Virus record (IMG/VR): IMGVR_UViG_3300033149_002847
Source of the DNA: an uncultured virus (IMG/VR IMGVR_UViG_3300033149_002847)
Lineage: Duplodnaviria; Heunggongvirae; Uroviricota; Caudoviricetes
Direction: 5' to 3' (one strand)
Length of the DNA: 64,000 bases
Shown: piece by piece, positions 36,122 to 46,419 of the stretch
How positions within the stretch are numbered: the first letter of the stretch is position 1
How the letters are laid out: each line of letters starts with the position of its first letter
Translations under genes and position numbers: made by a program
The notes under the pieces: model-generated
Databases searched by the model: none
Told to the model about the DNA's origin: nothing
What the model saw: the letters and a program-made list of their open reading frames with translations, nothing else

Positions 36122-36456
36122 TTTTTTAAAAATCTATCTGCTGCCTTATTTGCAAGCATGTGCAGTTGCTCATAGTCTTCCTCAAACTGCATATGATCTC
36201 TTACTTCATCTATAAAAGCCATTGCAATATTAGCCTTATACCCTTGCATTAAATCTTCATCTTTAGAAATAGTTTTTGTTACCATTTTTACTGCTTCAGA
36301 AAAATCCATTTCATACTCTGGAAGATCTGTGTATTTTACATCATCACTTAATCTTCCTATCAAATTACGCTCTCCAGCAAGAACATTGTCAATTCTTATA
36401 ATTCCATTTTCCTGTACATATGCTTTGATATGTTTAATTGCTATTCCATCACTCAT
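36106..36456 (-). CDS. Hypothetical protein
   Basis: SD AAAGGAG; YKANIAMAFIDE. Confidence 0.6.
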   Translation of the reverse strand: MSDGIAIKHIKAYVQENGIIRIDNVLAGERNLIGRLSDDVKYTDLPEYEMDFSEAVKMVTKTISKDEDLMQGYKANIAMAFIDEVRDHMQFEEDYEQLHMLANKAADRFLKNWCKL

Positions 36457-36638
36457 TATTTTCTCCTTTCATAAACTTATCCATATATAAATCAATGCTG
36501 TGATTACAGTACCAATAAAACTTATTTTAAGTGTCCATTCACATATATCATCAAATAAATCACTAAACATACTTGTTTCTCTTAAATATATCCAAGATGG
36601 TATCATGGTCACTACAAAGGTTAATAATATTTTCAATA

Positions 36639-37421
36639 TCATGGTTTACTCCAAAATTTATAATCTCTATTAACACAACCACTCCAATAAGAATTAAGAA
36701 ACTCCCTGGAAACTCCTGCTTGTTTTAAAATTTCATCTTTAAAATACACAGTTGCATATCCTGTAATCTTTGGAGCCATAGCATCAATAAAAGCTTTGAG
36801 TTCACCTTTATCATATTTAGCTCCAGAAAGTGTTCCTATTTTGTAATGATTAACAAATTTAAGTGTTTTTTTAATCATTTTTATGCTTGTTTTAATATCT
36901 ATCACAGGTTCAATTGAAGCCCATATTTTAAACCCTTTACCGTACAGGTATTGCATAGCTTCAATTCTTTCAGTGTTTATTGCTGCTCCCTTTTCAAGCC
37001 CATCACAACCTGTCAGCGTAAAGCCAATACTTACATTATCAGGTATTTTATATTTTCCAATCCACCAAGTTTGTTTTGTGAGTGCTTTTACAGGAATTCC
37101 TAAATCTTCACATTCACACATTGCTTTAATGTTTAATTCAATAGTTTCTGCAAGGAAAGGATCTGAGGTAAAATTGAAAAATAATCCATGTTTTCTTAAT
37201 TCATCTTTATTCTTAAAAACTTCCCTCTTAAATATCTCTAAGGCCTTTTCTTCACTAATAAGAGTTTTCTTTATAGTCGGCTTATTAGACCATACAGTTT
37301 TAAGGACTCCTGTTTTACAATAGCAGTAATCACAATCAGCACTACAACCATTATAGAAGTTTACAGCCCAATATGAATATTCTCCAGCACGGCCTGAAGG
37401 ATTATATATAGCTTTACCCAT
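36639..37421 (-). CDS. Radical SAM protein (SPL-like/phage type)
   Basis: GCSADCDYCYC cluster motif, TSDPF, LTK, SIEP; start re-assigned to MGKAIY. Confidence 0.8.
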   Translation of the reverse strand: MGKAIYNPSGRAGEYSYWAVNFYNGCSADCDYCYCKTGVLKTVWSNKPTIKKTLISEEKALEIFKREVFKNKDELRKHGLFFNFTSDPFLAETIELNIKAMCECEDLGIPVKALTKQTWWIGKYKIPDNVSIGFTLTGCDGLEKGAAINTERIEAMQYLYGKGFKIWASIEPVIDIKTSIKMIKKTLKFVNHYKIGTLSGAKYDKGELKAFIDAMAPKITGYATVYFKDEILKQAGVSREFLNSYWSGCVNRDYKFWSKP

Positions 37422-38046
37422 TAGATTTATTTTCCATTGGAGGGGTTTTTGACGACTGTTTACCAATAAACCAATCTGCTGTCTTTTTTGAAACTGTATT
37501 ATAATTTTCATTCTGCATATGCTTGTGATGATAAATAGAATAAATTCCATTTCGATATCCAATAACTCTACACCAGACTCTAGTGTTTTTATCGTAATAC
37601 CAATTGTTAATTATCTTTTCATGGTCAGGAGTTCTTTCCCTATACCTATTTCTATATCTTCCAGATTTCAAAAGATCTAAAACAACTCCTCTTAGATCTT
37701 CTTCCCAATTAAGATCTTCTTCCCATGTATCATCTGCAAGGTATTCTACTTCATAATTGCCAGTCATAATATCTTTGGGTAGATTATGGATTACAAGTTC
37801 TTTCCATTCACCTTTTATGGATTCTAATTCTATTTTAGGTTTTAGCTCTGTAGATGTACTTTCAAATTGATCCCTTGCCCATCCCAAAACTCCTGCTTGG
37901 ATAATACCTGTATTATTTACAATACTTTCTAAATTCAAGCTTCCATGCACTCCATGACTCTCAAAATTCAGCCAGTGACCATCTTCTCCCTTCTTTAAAC
38001 TTAAACCCTCTGAAATTTCCTTAATCATTATTATTCTCCTTTTCAA
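37414..38046 (-). CDS. Hypothetical protein
   Basis: About 200 aa, coupled ORF. Confidence 0.6.
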   Translation of the reverse strand: MKRRIIMIKEISEGLSLKKGEDGHWLNFESHGVHGSLNLESIVNNTGIIQAGVLGWARDQFESTSTELKPKIELESIKGEWKELVIHNLPKDIMTGNYEVEYLADDTWEEDLNWEEDLRGVVLDLLKSGRYRNRYRERTPDHEKIINNWYYDKNTRVWCRVIGYRNGIYSIYHHKHMQNENYNTVSKKTADWFIGKQSSKTPPMENKSNG

Positions 38047-38224
38047 AACTTTCTATTTCTTCACGTACCAATTCTCTTTCTGCTGCACGTTCCATGCTAT
38101 GACAAATTCTTTTATTTTTCTTACCTGGAGATCTTGGTCCAGGCCTCTTGCTCCAATACTCATATCCACCACCTTTAGTACCATTCAAACTATGTCCTGT
38201 TCCATGCCCAAAGGTTCTACTCAT
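38021..38224 (-). CDS. Hypothetical basic protein
   Basis: MSRT...KGGGYEYWSKRP. Confidence 0.55.
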   Translation of the reverse strand: MSRTFGHGTGHSLNGTKGGGYEYWSKRPGPRSPGKKNKRICHSMERAAERELVREEIESFEKENNND

Positions 38225-38235
38225 TTACCTACCCT

Positions 38236-38475
38236 TCACCACAAATCTTCCGATGTTAAGATTGCTACAAAGCCTTCTGCAATTTGTCCACAATTTCTTG
38301 CTTCACTTCTAGCTATAGGTCTTGAGAGAAATTTACCTTTATGAGTTATAAATCCTTGCTCATTATTAGGAATAGGTGGTTTGTATCCTAATCGAACAAG
38401 ATATTTTATAATTTCACAATGTCTAGCTCCAGTAAAAACTATTCCCTTATGCTTTATTGCAGCAGCTACTATCAT
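38236..38475 (-). CDS. Hypothetical phage protein
   Basis: IVAAAI...RH...QGFIT..G.FL.R..A...L.SEDLW. Confidence 0.65.
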   Translation of the reverse strand: MIVAAAIKHKGIVFTGARHCEIIKYLVRLGYKPPIPNNEQGFITHKGKFLSRPIARSEARNCGQIAEGFVAILTSEDLW

Positions 38476-38688
38476 TTATCTTCCTCATAAATATAACAAT
38501 CTTTACCTTTAGGAACTGAGTATACTTCACTTAATACACAAGCTATAGGGAGACTGGGAAACATAAAATATTTACATCCATCATCACAAGGTCTTTTCTT
38601 TTTACCATCAAGTTTATCTAATTTATTGTTTATTTCATTAGCCATAATATCCCTCTATTTTACCAGAATTCCCTAAATTTCGCAAGCA

Positions 38689-39180
38689 TTATTTCTTGTA
38701 AATCTTGCGTTTCTTCCAGTACTTATCGCTTTCCAACATCTCTAATAATTCCGGCACAATAATACTTTTGTCAATCTCAAAGGACCTTAAAAGTTTTACA
38801 TAATATTCATCAAATTTCTGCTGTAAGATCAGAAATAAACCCATAATCATATGTTGCTCTGTTAATTCTTTAGTTTCTAAAATCTCAGGTGCAAAAACTG
38901 GTAATACTATACCCTCATCAAGTTTTATCCCATTAAAATTAGATCCTGTTATTGGTTGAATCATTCTAAGACTAGGTTTCTTTGCTTTCTCCATAGAGAC
39001 TCTAGCATTTTTTCGCCATAAACGCTTGATTGCGTGTCTGTGGGACGTTTTATCCATATCTTCGATACTTTTCAGCTCTGTATCAATAGAAATGCGCACA
39101 GGTTCTCTCTTTAAACCTTCTTTTAATGCATCAATTAGCTCTTTTTTAGCCTTTTCTTCGTAATATTTAAAATCTTTCAT
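38689..39180 (-). CDS. Hypothetical protein
   Basis: ATGA overlap with the loader gene. Confidence 0.6.
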   Translation of the reverse strand: MKDFKYYEEKAKKELIDALKEGLKREPVRISIDTELKSIEDMDKTSHRHAIKRLWRKNARVSMEKAKKPSLRMIQPITGSNFNGIKLDEGIVLPVFAPEILETKELTEQHMIMGLFLILQQKFDEYYVKLLRSFEIDKSIIVPELLEMLESDKYWKKRKIYKK

Positions 39181-39929
39181 GATATCCCCTTATTTCTATA
39201 TGATTCCCAATCCATTACAATCAATGATCCTGTTTTACTTTTTAATCGATCTATAACTCTTTCACCTAAATATTTTTCCATTTCTTTAATTGTAAGATTT
39301 GATAACAAAATTGTAGGTTTGTAATTTTCATATCTTCCATTAATAACCTCGAAAAGTAAAATCTTCTCCCCTTCAGTCCCGAATTGGACTCCAACTTCAT
39401 CAAGAACCAGAAGAGGATAATTTATATATTTATCAATAAGCTGTTGCTCTGAATAATTTCCACCTCGATAAGAGCTGCGTATATCTCGAATCATTCTTAA
39501 GGTGGTTGTATATTTTCCTGCCTGAATTTTTGTTTCAATAAGTTTTTTTAATACTGCAATTGCTAAATGAGTTTTTCCTGTTCCGTAATTACCACAATAA
39601 AACATAGAAGATCCTGTTTTTTGAACTTCTTTAAAGTTTTCAATATAACTTCTGGTTAATTCTAAGGCTGTTTTTTGATTTTTTGCAGTAGCTACGTAAT
39701 TTTCTAATGTACAATTTTTAAATCGTTTTGGAATTCCTGAATTACTCAAAGCTTTCTCAATTCTCTCCTGATTTTTTTTTGATTCTTCCTGATCTACGGT
39801 ATCTAAAGCTTTTTTATTAAATTCCTCGACACATGCAGGACATTTACTCCATGCAAGTATTCCAAATAAATTACCTTGGACTGACCTGTAGTCTCCATGA
39901 GCTTTACAGTGAATTATTTTAAATTCCAA
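39177..39929 (-). CDS. DnaC/IstB-like helicase loader ATPase
   Basis: CKAHG...CPAC, SGIPKRF, GNYGTGKTHLA, LVLDEVG, RYE..KPTILLSN, RVIDRL; probable TTG start at 39929. Confidence 0.88.
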   Translation of the reverse strand: MEFKIIHCKAHGDYRSVQGNLFGILAWSKCPACVEEFNKKALDTVDQEESKKNQERIEKALSNSGIPKRFKNCTLENYVATAKNQKTALELTRSYIENFKEVQKTGSSMFYCGNYGTGKTHLAIAVLKKLIETKIQAGKYTTTLRMIRDIRSSYRGGNYSEQQLIDKYINYPLLVLDEVGVQFGTEGEKILLFEVINGRYENYKPTILLSNLTIKEMEKYLGERVIDRLKSKTGSLIVMDWESYRNKGIS

Positions 39930-39930
39930 T

Positions 39931-40662
39931 TTACCACCCCTCTGAATAGTCTTTCTTTTCCTGCTCTTTTTTTGTTTCAGGATTATTTTTTTTATCCCAA
40001 TTCTGCATAACAAGAGAATGGTTTTTATACTTCTTACCTGAAGTCTCAATATACTCATCAAGCCTTTTAATCATTTCTTTCCGATCAGAAAGTTTATTAT
40101 TTAAATTTTTATATTCCTGGTCTGTCAGTAAAACATGTTTATATTCACCATATTTATGTTTTATATCTTTTCTTTTTATTATCTTTTTCTTTTCTTTTAT
40201 ATGTGTACTATCTGCTGTATTTACTGGGATTTCTGTTTCATTTAATTCGTTTATGCATACATTTTCGTTATTTATGTATACATTTATTTCTAATAACAAA
40301 TATTCTTTAATAAATTCTATTGATTTTCTTCTTTCACAGGCGAATAAATATCGCTTTTGTACCCCTAAACTTGTTAATATTTGATATTTTTTAAACATTT
40401 TTTGATTAAATATTTTATATTCTATAGCTGATTTTATAACATTATCCAATAAGGCTATATCAATATTTATATGTCTTGAAAGTAATTTTTTATCTCTTTC
40501 TGTTACACTAATATAATAGGAATTATTGTAAATTCTTTGATATAATTTTATTAATACCGCAAATCCTTCTAAACCATAATCAACTTGGAGAAGTTCTACT
40601 GAATCATCCATGTGTACGTCTAAAGGGAAATAATCAAGCCCTTTCTTTTGAGGTCGCCCCAT
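39931..40662 (-). CDS. Replication initiator (DUF4373/Lin1244-like N-terminus)
   Basis: MGRPQKKGLDYFPLD, LTSLGVQKRY, YGEYKHVLLT, GKKYKNH; upstream of the loader. Confidence 0.8.
   Translation of the reverse strand: MGRPQKKGLDYFPLDVHMDDSVELLQVDYGLEGFAVLIKLYQRIYNNSYYISVTERDKKLLSRHINIDIALLDNVIKSAIEYKIFNQKMFKKYQILTSLGVQKRYLFACERRKSIEFIKEYLLLEINVYINNENVCINELNETEIPVNTADSTHIKEKKKIIKRKDIKHKYGEYKHVLLTDQEYKNLNNKLSDRKEMIKRLDEYIETSGKKYKNHSLVMQNWDKKNNPETKKEQEKKDYSEGW
40161..40285. other. Candidate replication origin inside the initiator gene
   Basis: tttatg(c/t)atacattt twice, 21 bp apart (40250, 40271), beside a strand-asymmetric AT-rich tract. Confidence 0.45.
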
Positions 40663-40673
40663 TGATACACCCT

Positions 40674-40856
40674 TTATACTATTAAATATTTTTGAGCATA
40701 ACCTTTGCCCTTTTTCTCTATCCCAGCCTCTTTGACCATTCTTACAAGAGTAACTGTACTAATTCCTAATAGTTCAGCTGCTTTTTCGTTGGTATTTTCC
40801 ATATAAATCTTTTCAAGCTCTTCTTTTGAAATATTATCTCTCATGATTGCCTCCAT
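40674..40856 (-). CDS. Small HTH protein
   Basis: NEKAAELLGISTVTLVR. Confidence 0.65.
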   Translation of the reverse strand: MEAIMRDNISKEELEKIYMENTNEKAAELLGISTVTLVRMVKEAGIEKKGKGYAQKYLIV

Positions 40857-41078
40857 TTTGCAAGTTTAGTTTCTTTTCTTTTTCTTGTCAATTAGTAATT
40901 TATGACTAATTTCCTAATATGATTATAAGGTTCTTATCTTCTTTTCTCCCTTTCAGACAACTTATTTAAAGCTTCTTTTTCATTTTTATAAAACTCTTTC
41001 ATTACCTTTGTAGGCTTAAAATTATCCCTTTTGTAAATTATCCCTGTTATACGAAGAAATTCTGGTATGTATCTGCCA

Positions 41079-41441
41079 TCATATGTTGTCAATTTTTCGC
41101 TCCATTAACCATTTAATCAATTTGCCTAAATCAGGATATATCCCAGGGTTATTAGTTTCTTTTTGCCATAATTTATCAACTTCTATAGTTCTGGTATGTT
41201 GCAAATCAAATAATACTGTAAGCTCTTTATTTTTTTCTTCAAGAGTCTTTATCTTTTCTAATTGTTTTTCATATTCATATTTAAGGTTATTTACTTGATC
41301 TCTTTTATCTATCAAGTTTTCTACTAAAGGTGTTATTTCTGCTTTATAGTCTGAATATTTTATAAAATCGCCATCATTTTCTTCTACCCATTCTACCTGA
41401 TTTATATCTCCATTATAGACATAATAATTATATCTTTTCAT
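41079..41441 (-). CDS. Hypothetical protein
   Basis: Coupled ORF. Confidence 0.55.
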   Translation of the reverse strand: MKRYNYYVYNGDINQVEWVEENDGDFIKYSDYKAEITPLVENLIDKRDQVNNLKYEYEKQLEKIKTLEEKNKELTVLFDLQHTRTIEVDKLWQKETNNPGIYPDLGKLIKWLMERKIDNI

Positions 41442-41668
41442 TATCCTTTTAACCTCGCAGCTTCAACTCTCATAGCCTCTAAGACAGTATTTTCATGCTC
41501 TGGATAAACTACTATCAGGCACTTAAAAACACCCTTCTGAACCTCTTCTATGATCTTCTCAACAGTTCCACATATCGGACCATCTTTTTCTAACTGGTAA
41601 GGGATAATATTAGTTTTTACAGTGGAAAGATCTTCTTTATTTATTCTTAAATATGCTTCTACTGTCAT
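41441..41668 (-). CDS. Hypothetical protein
   Basis: Coupled ORF. Confidence 0.55.
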   Translation of the reverse strand: MTVEAYLRINKEDLSTVKTNIIPYQLEKDGPICGTVEKIIEEVQKGVFKCLIVVYPEHENTVLEAMRVEAARLKG

Positions 41669-41925
41669 TTGTTTTCCTTTAAAGCTTTTTCAACCCTAAA
41701 GTCAACACATTTCCTACATCTACAAATAAGTATTTGTGATTGATGAGGCACACCCCTTTCATAGTAAATACTTTTTCTATCTTTCAAAGCTTCTTTTAGC
41801 TCTTTTATTTCTTCATCATTCTCTCTGAAAGCTTTATTAATATCATGTGTATCATTGTAAGATAGGTTTTTGTACCTACGACCTATTTCTTCATGATGTT
41901 TAAAAGATTCTTTTATTTTATTCAT
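41665..41925 (-). CDS. Hypothetical protein
   Basis: Coupled ORF. Confidence 0.55.
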   Translation of the reverse strand: MNKIKESFKHHEEIGRRYKNLSYNDTHDINKAFRENDEEIKELKEALKDRKSIYYERGVPHQSQILICRCRKCVDFRVEKALKENK

Positions 41926-42382
41926 TATTCCCTCTTATTTCCTCAAGCAATGAATCAAATTTATTGTCTATATCTTCCATTTCTGACTCATGTTCTCTAT
42001 GATCCCAAAAGCCTATTTTATCAGCTTTTTTGTATAATTTATTTATTTTAGATATAATTTTAGGATCTCCATAAATAGCTTTTTGAACATCTGCAACACA
42101 ATAAGTACCTTCAAGAAGAAGTTTAACAGAAGGATTTTTCTTGCATATATTTATAGCAATAATTCTTATTTCTTTTTCAGAGTCAAAACCTCCTGTAGTG
42201 TCTCCGGCTTTCCATCTATAACCTTCATCTATATTAGTTTTTATTTCTGCCTCTTCTTTGGTTAAAACTTTCTGGAGTTCGATTTTTTCCCCTTGAATCC
42301 ATACATCACCATAACAATGAGTAGCTCCTATAGATATTCCAGCCCAAGAAGATATCTCTAAAATAGCAATTTTATCTTTCAT
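41918..42382 (-). CDS. Hypothetical protein
   Basis: SD AAGGAG. Confidence 0.6.
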   Translation of the reverse strand: MKDKIAILEISSWAGISIGATHCYGDVWIQGEKIELQKVLTKEEAEIKTNIDEGYRWKAGDTTGGFDSEKEIRIIAINICKKNPSVKLLLEGTYCVADVQKAIYGDPKIISKINKLYKKADKIGFWDHREHESEMEDIDNKFDSLLEEIRGNNE

Positions 42383-42633
42383 GTAATCTCCTTAATTCTT
42401 TTAGCCCAAGGGTTTTGATCTTCAGCATAAGAAACATCTATTTCTGTTTCGATTATTTCAGCCTGATACTTTATACCACCCCTATACTTCTCTTCCTTTT
42501 TAGCCTCATCAATGGCCTTCTGTTTTTTTGAAAATACACCTACAAAATAACTGTGATTTGCTCTTTCGCCCCACCTGAAAACATTTACTATATAGAGTTT
42601 CTTCTTACTCATTTTTCCTCCAAAATATTCCAT
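42379..42633 (-). CDS. Hypothetical protein
   Basis: RWG...HSY.VGVFS. Confidence 0.55.
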   Translation of the reverse strand: MEYFGGKMSKKKLYIVNVFRWGERANHSYFVGVFSKKQKAIDEAKKEEKYRGGIKYQAEIIETEIDVSYAEDQNPWAKRIKEIT

Positions 42634-42821
42634 TTTTTATTATACCTATCAAGGAATTCTTCTGGAAAGGTAAAGGCCCATCCGCAGGAAGGACAAATAC
42701 AACCATCGTTATTGTGATTTCTCACCATTCTTGGAGAAGTTGAACAAAGATTATGACCACAATAAGGGACATAATTTTTATCTTCCATCATTTTTTCACG
42801 GGTAAAAGTTTCTTCTTTCAT
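42609..42821 (-). CDS. Cys-rich hypothetical protein
   Basis: YVPYCG...CPSCGW. Confidence 0.55.
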   Translation of the reverse strand: MKEETFTREKMMEDKNYVPYCGHNLCSTSPRMVRNHNNDGCICPSCGWAFTFPEEFLDRYNKKWNILEEK

Positions 42822-42971
42822 GTATTCACACTCACATAATCAGCACTTAAATCTATACCTACTAAAGGATTATCCATAGTTAACCCTCCTTGGCACCCTA
42901 ACTCATATTCTAGCCACTTCTGAATATGATCATCTGAAATACCATCAGGTATCTCCATTTCAAATTCTACT

Positions 42972-43283
42972 TTAATATGCATTTTTTCTCCTTATTCCTA
43001 ACCAGTCAGCAAATGAATCACCAAACCAGTCAGCATCTAAATATTCTCTATATCTTTGCTGTGATCTGGTTAATTGTCTAATCTTTCCCATCTCCTCAAG
43101 ATATACTAATCCTGGATCTGTTGGATGAACATTAGAAACTACTCCTGGTTTATCGGAGTCGAAATTTACACCTACATAATTACCTCTATCCTCTGAAATA
43201 ATACCACCTCGACCTTTATAATCTATTCTTTTACCTATTTCAGCAGGTACACCATAAATTTCTTTTACATATTCACAATTCAT
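42972..43283 (-). CDS. Hypothetical phage protein
   Basis: YV...YGVPA.IG.R...HPT. Confidence 0.6.
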   Translation of the reverse strand: MNCEYVKEIYGVPAEIGKRIDYKGRGGIISEDRGNYVGVNFDSDKPGVVSNVHPTDPGLVYLEEMGKIRQLTRSQQRYREYLDADWFGDSFADWLGIRRKNAY

Positions 43284-43437
43284 TCTACAAACCCCTTACA
43301 AGCAGGAATATTTTTAGATGATTCTTTTTCTTCTTCTGTTTCCTGTCCAAATATTTTAACACTTTCATTATAGCATTTTTCAAATATCTTACAGTCTCCA
43401 CAAGTTTTCTCTTTAACAGGAAATTGAATTATATTAC

Positions 43438-44175
43438 TCATACCCATAACTCCATATCCATAATACGTAATTCATTTAAAGTCTTATCTGGTAAAGAGTA
43501 ATGAGGATCAAGCTTAGGCATATTAAAGAATATTATTTCCTGTTGTGTCTCTTTTCTCTTAATATTTGACTGCATTATTCCTTTTTTTGGATTCCTCCGG
43601 ACTTCATCTTTCTCATTGTCAAAGTCTGAATTTGGGAATACATCCAAGGGTAATGAAACTATAGAGGTTATTTTTCCGAAATTATCCCGGATATTACGGT
43701 ATCTGTCACCTTGCTTTTTAGTATAGCATCTGGTATTCAATCTAAATCCCATAGGTGTAAACATTATCATTCTTACATCTTTTCCAAATAATTCAAAACA
43801 CTTCGCTGCAAACAATTCAGGGAGCAAAGAGGACCTTCCCCATTTTTTACGGCTTTCCTTGGAATGATTGTATGGTGGATTCATAATTACTAAATCCATT
43901 TGAGGGAAATTTCCATTCCATGTAAGGAAATCATCTTCCCAGAACTGGTTAATATTCGGTTGGAAATCAACTATATCACATCCTAGAGTAGTCTTATCCT
44001 TAAAAGGGTCTAATAGGTTACCTGAACCGCAAGCAGGGTCAAATATCGTCTCTATGTTAATTAACTCTGGTTCAAGTATTTCAGCAAGCCAGTTACAAAT
44101 TGGTGGAGGGGTAAAGATCGTGTGATTCTTTTCATTATCAAAATATCGGTTTCTACTGGTTCCTATTGCGTTCAT
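43438..44175 (-). CDS. Amino (N6-adenine) DNA methyltransferase
   Basis: IFTPP, FDPACGSGNL, IMNPPY. Confidence 0.85.
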   Translation of the reverse strand: MNAIGTSRNRYFDNEKNHTIFTPPPICNWLAEILEPELINIETIFDPACGSGNLLDPFKDKTTLGCDIVDFQPNINQFWEDDFLTWNGNFPQMDLVIMNPPYNHSKESRKKWGRSSLLPELFAAKCFELFGKDVRMIMFTPMGFRLNTRCYTKKQGDRYRNIRDNFGKITSIVSLPLDVFPNSDFDNEKDEVRRNPKKGIMQSNIKRKETQQEIIFFNMPKLDPHYSLPDKTLNELRIMDMELWV

Positions 44176-44797
44176 AATTCTCCCATGTTTTAGGCTCTAT
44201 TGGATTAGTTAATATTTTTTTACTTTTTCTCACTACTTTAAATCTATTCATAGTCTTAATAAAATCCACATCTATATAAATAGAATCAACCTCTTTAAAA
44301 GCCTCTCTTCTTGCTTCTTTATAGGTTCTACCCTTTACGGTACCAATTGAACCAAATTCACAAGGTTCAACAGGATCTTTAATTATTATATCCCAAGAAT
44401 CCGTTTTGATAATTTTATATGTTTCCTGGTGAGTATGAAGCCATTTACAATCATCTTTTATTATAAAGCAAGTATGATCAATTCTACATTCATCTTTTAA
44501 CAAGAAGGGATCTATTTTCAGTATACCCCTGGTATAACTGTTGCTTATTACAATAAAGCCTTCTTGAGGGGAATATTGAGGCTCATAAACAACTTTAGTC
44601 CATAATTTATCAACAATTTCTTGAGGAATAGGAAAAGCTGATCCATGACCGGTACTTGCTATAGTAAAGGCCTCTTTTTTATCATATAGCCCTATATTAT
44701 CTTTCAACATTGAATATCCAGAACTATTTCTACCCCAGAATTTGAGAGCAAAATCACCTCTATATGTCCATTTTACGGAAAATAAATAATATTTCAT
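44153..44797 (-). CDS. Hypothetical protein
   Basis: 214 aa, SD GAGG. Confidence 0.6.
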   Translation of the reverse strand: MKYYLFSVKWTYRGDFALKFWGRNSSGYSMLKDNIGLYDKKEAFTIASTGHGSAFPIPQEIVDKLWTKVVYEPQYSPQEGFIVISNSYTRGILKIDPFLLKDECRIDHTCFIIKDDCKWLHTHQETYKIIKTDSWDIIIKDPVEPCEFGSIGTVKGRTYKEARREAFKEVDSIYIDVDFIKTMNRFKVVRKSKKILTNPIEPKTWENYERNRNQ

Positions 44798-44963
44798 CCT
44801 ATCCTCTCATAAATTTTATCAATAACAGCTTTCTGCTTATCAGTAAACTCTTCTTTAAAATACACGTTATTCAGAAAATCAGTTTCCCAGTCATTAACTT
44901 CTAACTGACATACATCCAATGCTTCTGTTATTGTTTGTAGTTTTTCGTGATAATTATCATTCA

Positions 44964-45584
44964 TTACTTTTTTACCTCATCGTACTTCTGAATAGTCCAT
45001 ACAATAGCCCACAAGCACCATATAAAGTGATATGTTTTACTATTAACCGATGATTCCCAAAAATCAGTAAAATCAAAGTTGGTTTTTATTCCATAAGTTG
45101 AAAACTTATTTAAAGATGATACTAAAGACCATTCAGAATCCTCACTGTAATCAAAAATCTGTTCCTGGATCTCATCCCATACCTTTTTTTTCTCTTCAGA
45201 ATCATTATCTTCAAAGTAGGTATCAAAAAACTCTGTAACATTCTCCTTGAATACAACAGGGTTGAATTTCTTTATTCCATCACCAAATAAAGACTCTGAT
45301 TTGCACTTTTCTTCCCAGTAACCTGTATTTATATTTATTTCTCCTGTCTCCTTATTTATACCAGTCCTGAAGAAGTAAAACATATCTTCAGTTCTCTCAA
45401 ATTCATATGTTCCCATATCTCCAGTATAAAGTAGTCCTCCTGGAAAAGTTATTATATTAAATCCCATATTCCAAGTCTCTGGTTTTTGACACTTGATGTG
45501 TCTATAAATTCCATCATCTTTAAGTATTTTAATTTGATGATCTTTAACACTTTTTAAGAATTCTTCCCTATCTGGTTGTCTCAT
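44964..45584 (-). CDS. Hypothetical phage protein
   Basis: DDGIYRH, TFPG.L.YTGDMG, FIWCLWAIVW. Confidence 0.65.
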   Translation of the reverse strand: MRQPDREEFLKSVKDHQIKILKDDGIYRHIKCQKPETWNMGFNIITFPGGLLYTGDMGTYEFERTEDMFYFFRTGINKETGEININTGYWEEKCKSESLFGDGIKKFNPVVFKENVTEFFDTYFEDNDSEEKKKVWDEIQEQIFDYSEDSEWSLVSSLNKFSTYGIKTNFDFTDFWESSVNSKTYHFIWCLWAIVWTIQKYDEVKK

Positions 45585-45968
45585 TATTTCTCCTTTTAAT
45601 GATTTGCTCTGATTAATATATATGATTCCAATTGTCTGTAAAAATCTTCTACGGTATCAGATTTATTATAAATCTCTCTTATAATCTCAATATCCATATC
45701 GTAATCTCTAGCAGTGTGATGAAGAAAATTTTTACTTGGAATATCTTTCATTGTATATCCCTATAGGTACTTTAAAGATGATTTAAAATTATCTTTAAAG
45801 TATGGTTGTTCTAATAACTCTCTCTTGGCAAACATTTTAAAACCATCCATTTTTAGTGTAGGATTAGTTTCAGCAATTTTATTCTATTTTCTTTTGCAGC
45901 TTTAAGGACTTCTGCAAGCATTTCTTTGTTTAACCTATCAGCTGTTTTCAGTACAACATCATCTTTCA

Positions 45969-46418
45969 TCAAAAATCCCCTTCTTCAACCTGAAGGCATT
46001 TAACTCCAAGTGAACGCCATTTCTTAACCATAGAATTTCTATCTTCTAATACAAAGTCTATTTCCTGTAGCATAATTCCAGAACTTGCGACTAATTCTGG
46101 TTTAGCCTCTGAATCAGGTCTATGATCTTTATTAGCTCTCATTAATAATACTTGGTATGTGAAATTTGGAGGGAAATATTTCTTTATCCATTTTTCTGTT
46201 CTATCTCTGATAGCCTCTTTTCTTCCAGTACAGAATACAATTTTATACCCTCTTAAAGATAAAGTATGAACTAAATCAATTATTTCCTGAATTGGTTCAT
46301 CTTGAAAAGCATGTCTATAAAAAGAATCCCAGTCTTTAGGGGTATCAAGCAGGTATTTTATTCTATCACCAACTTTTGAAATTGTGCCGTCAATATCTAC
46401 TATAATTATGTTTTTCAT
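45969..46418 (-). CDS. HAD phosphatase (T4 PNK 3'-phosphatase-like)
   Basis: VDIDGT, CTGR, LMR...D.RPD..K, EDR...W. Confidence 0.85.
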   Translation of the reverse strand: MKNIIIVDIDGTISKVGDRIKYLLDTPKDWDSFYRHAFQDEPIQEIIDLVHTLSLRGYKIVFCTGRKEAIRDRTEKWIKKYFPPNFTYQVLLMRANKDHRPDSEAKPELVASSGIMLQEIDFVLEDRNSMVKKWRSLGVKCLQVEEGDF

Positions 46419-46419
46419 A

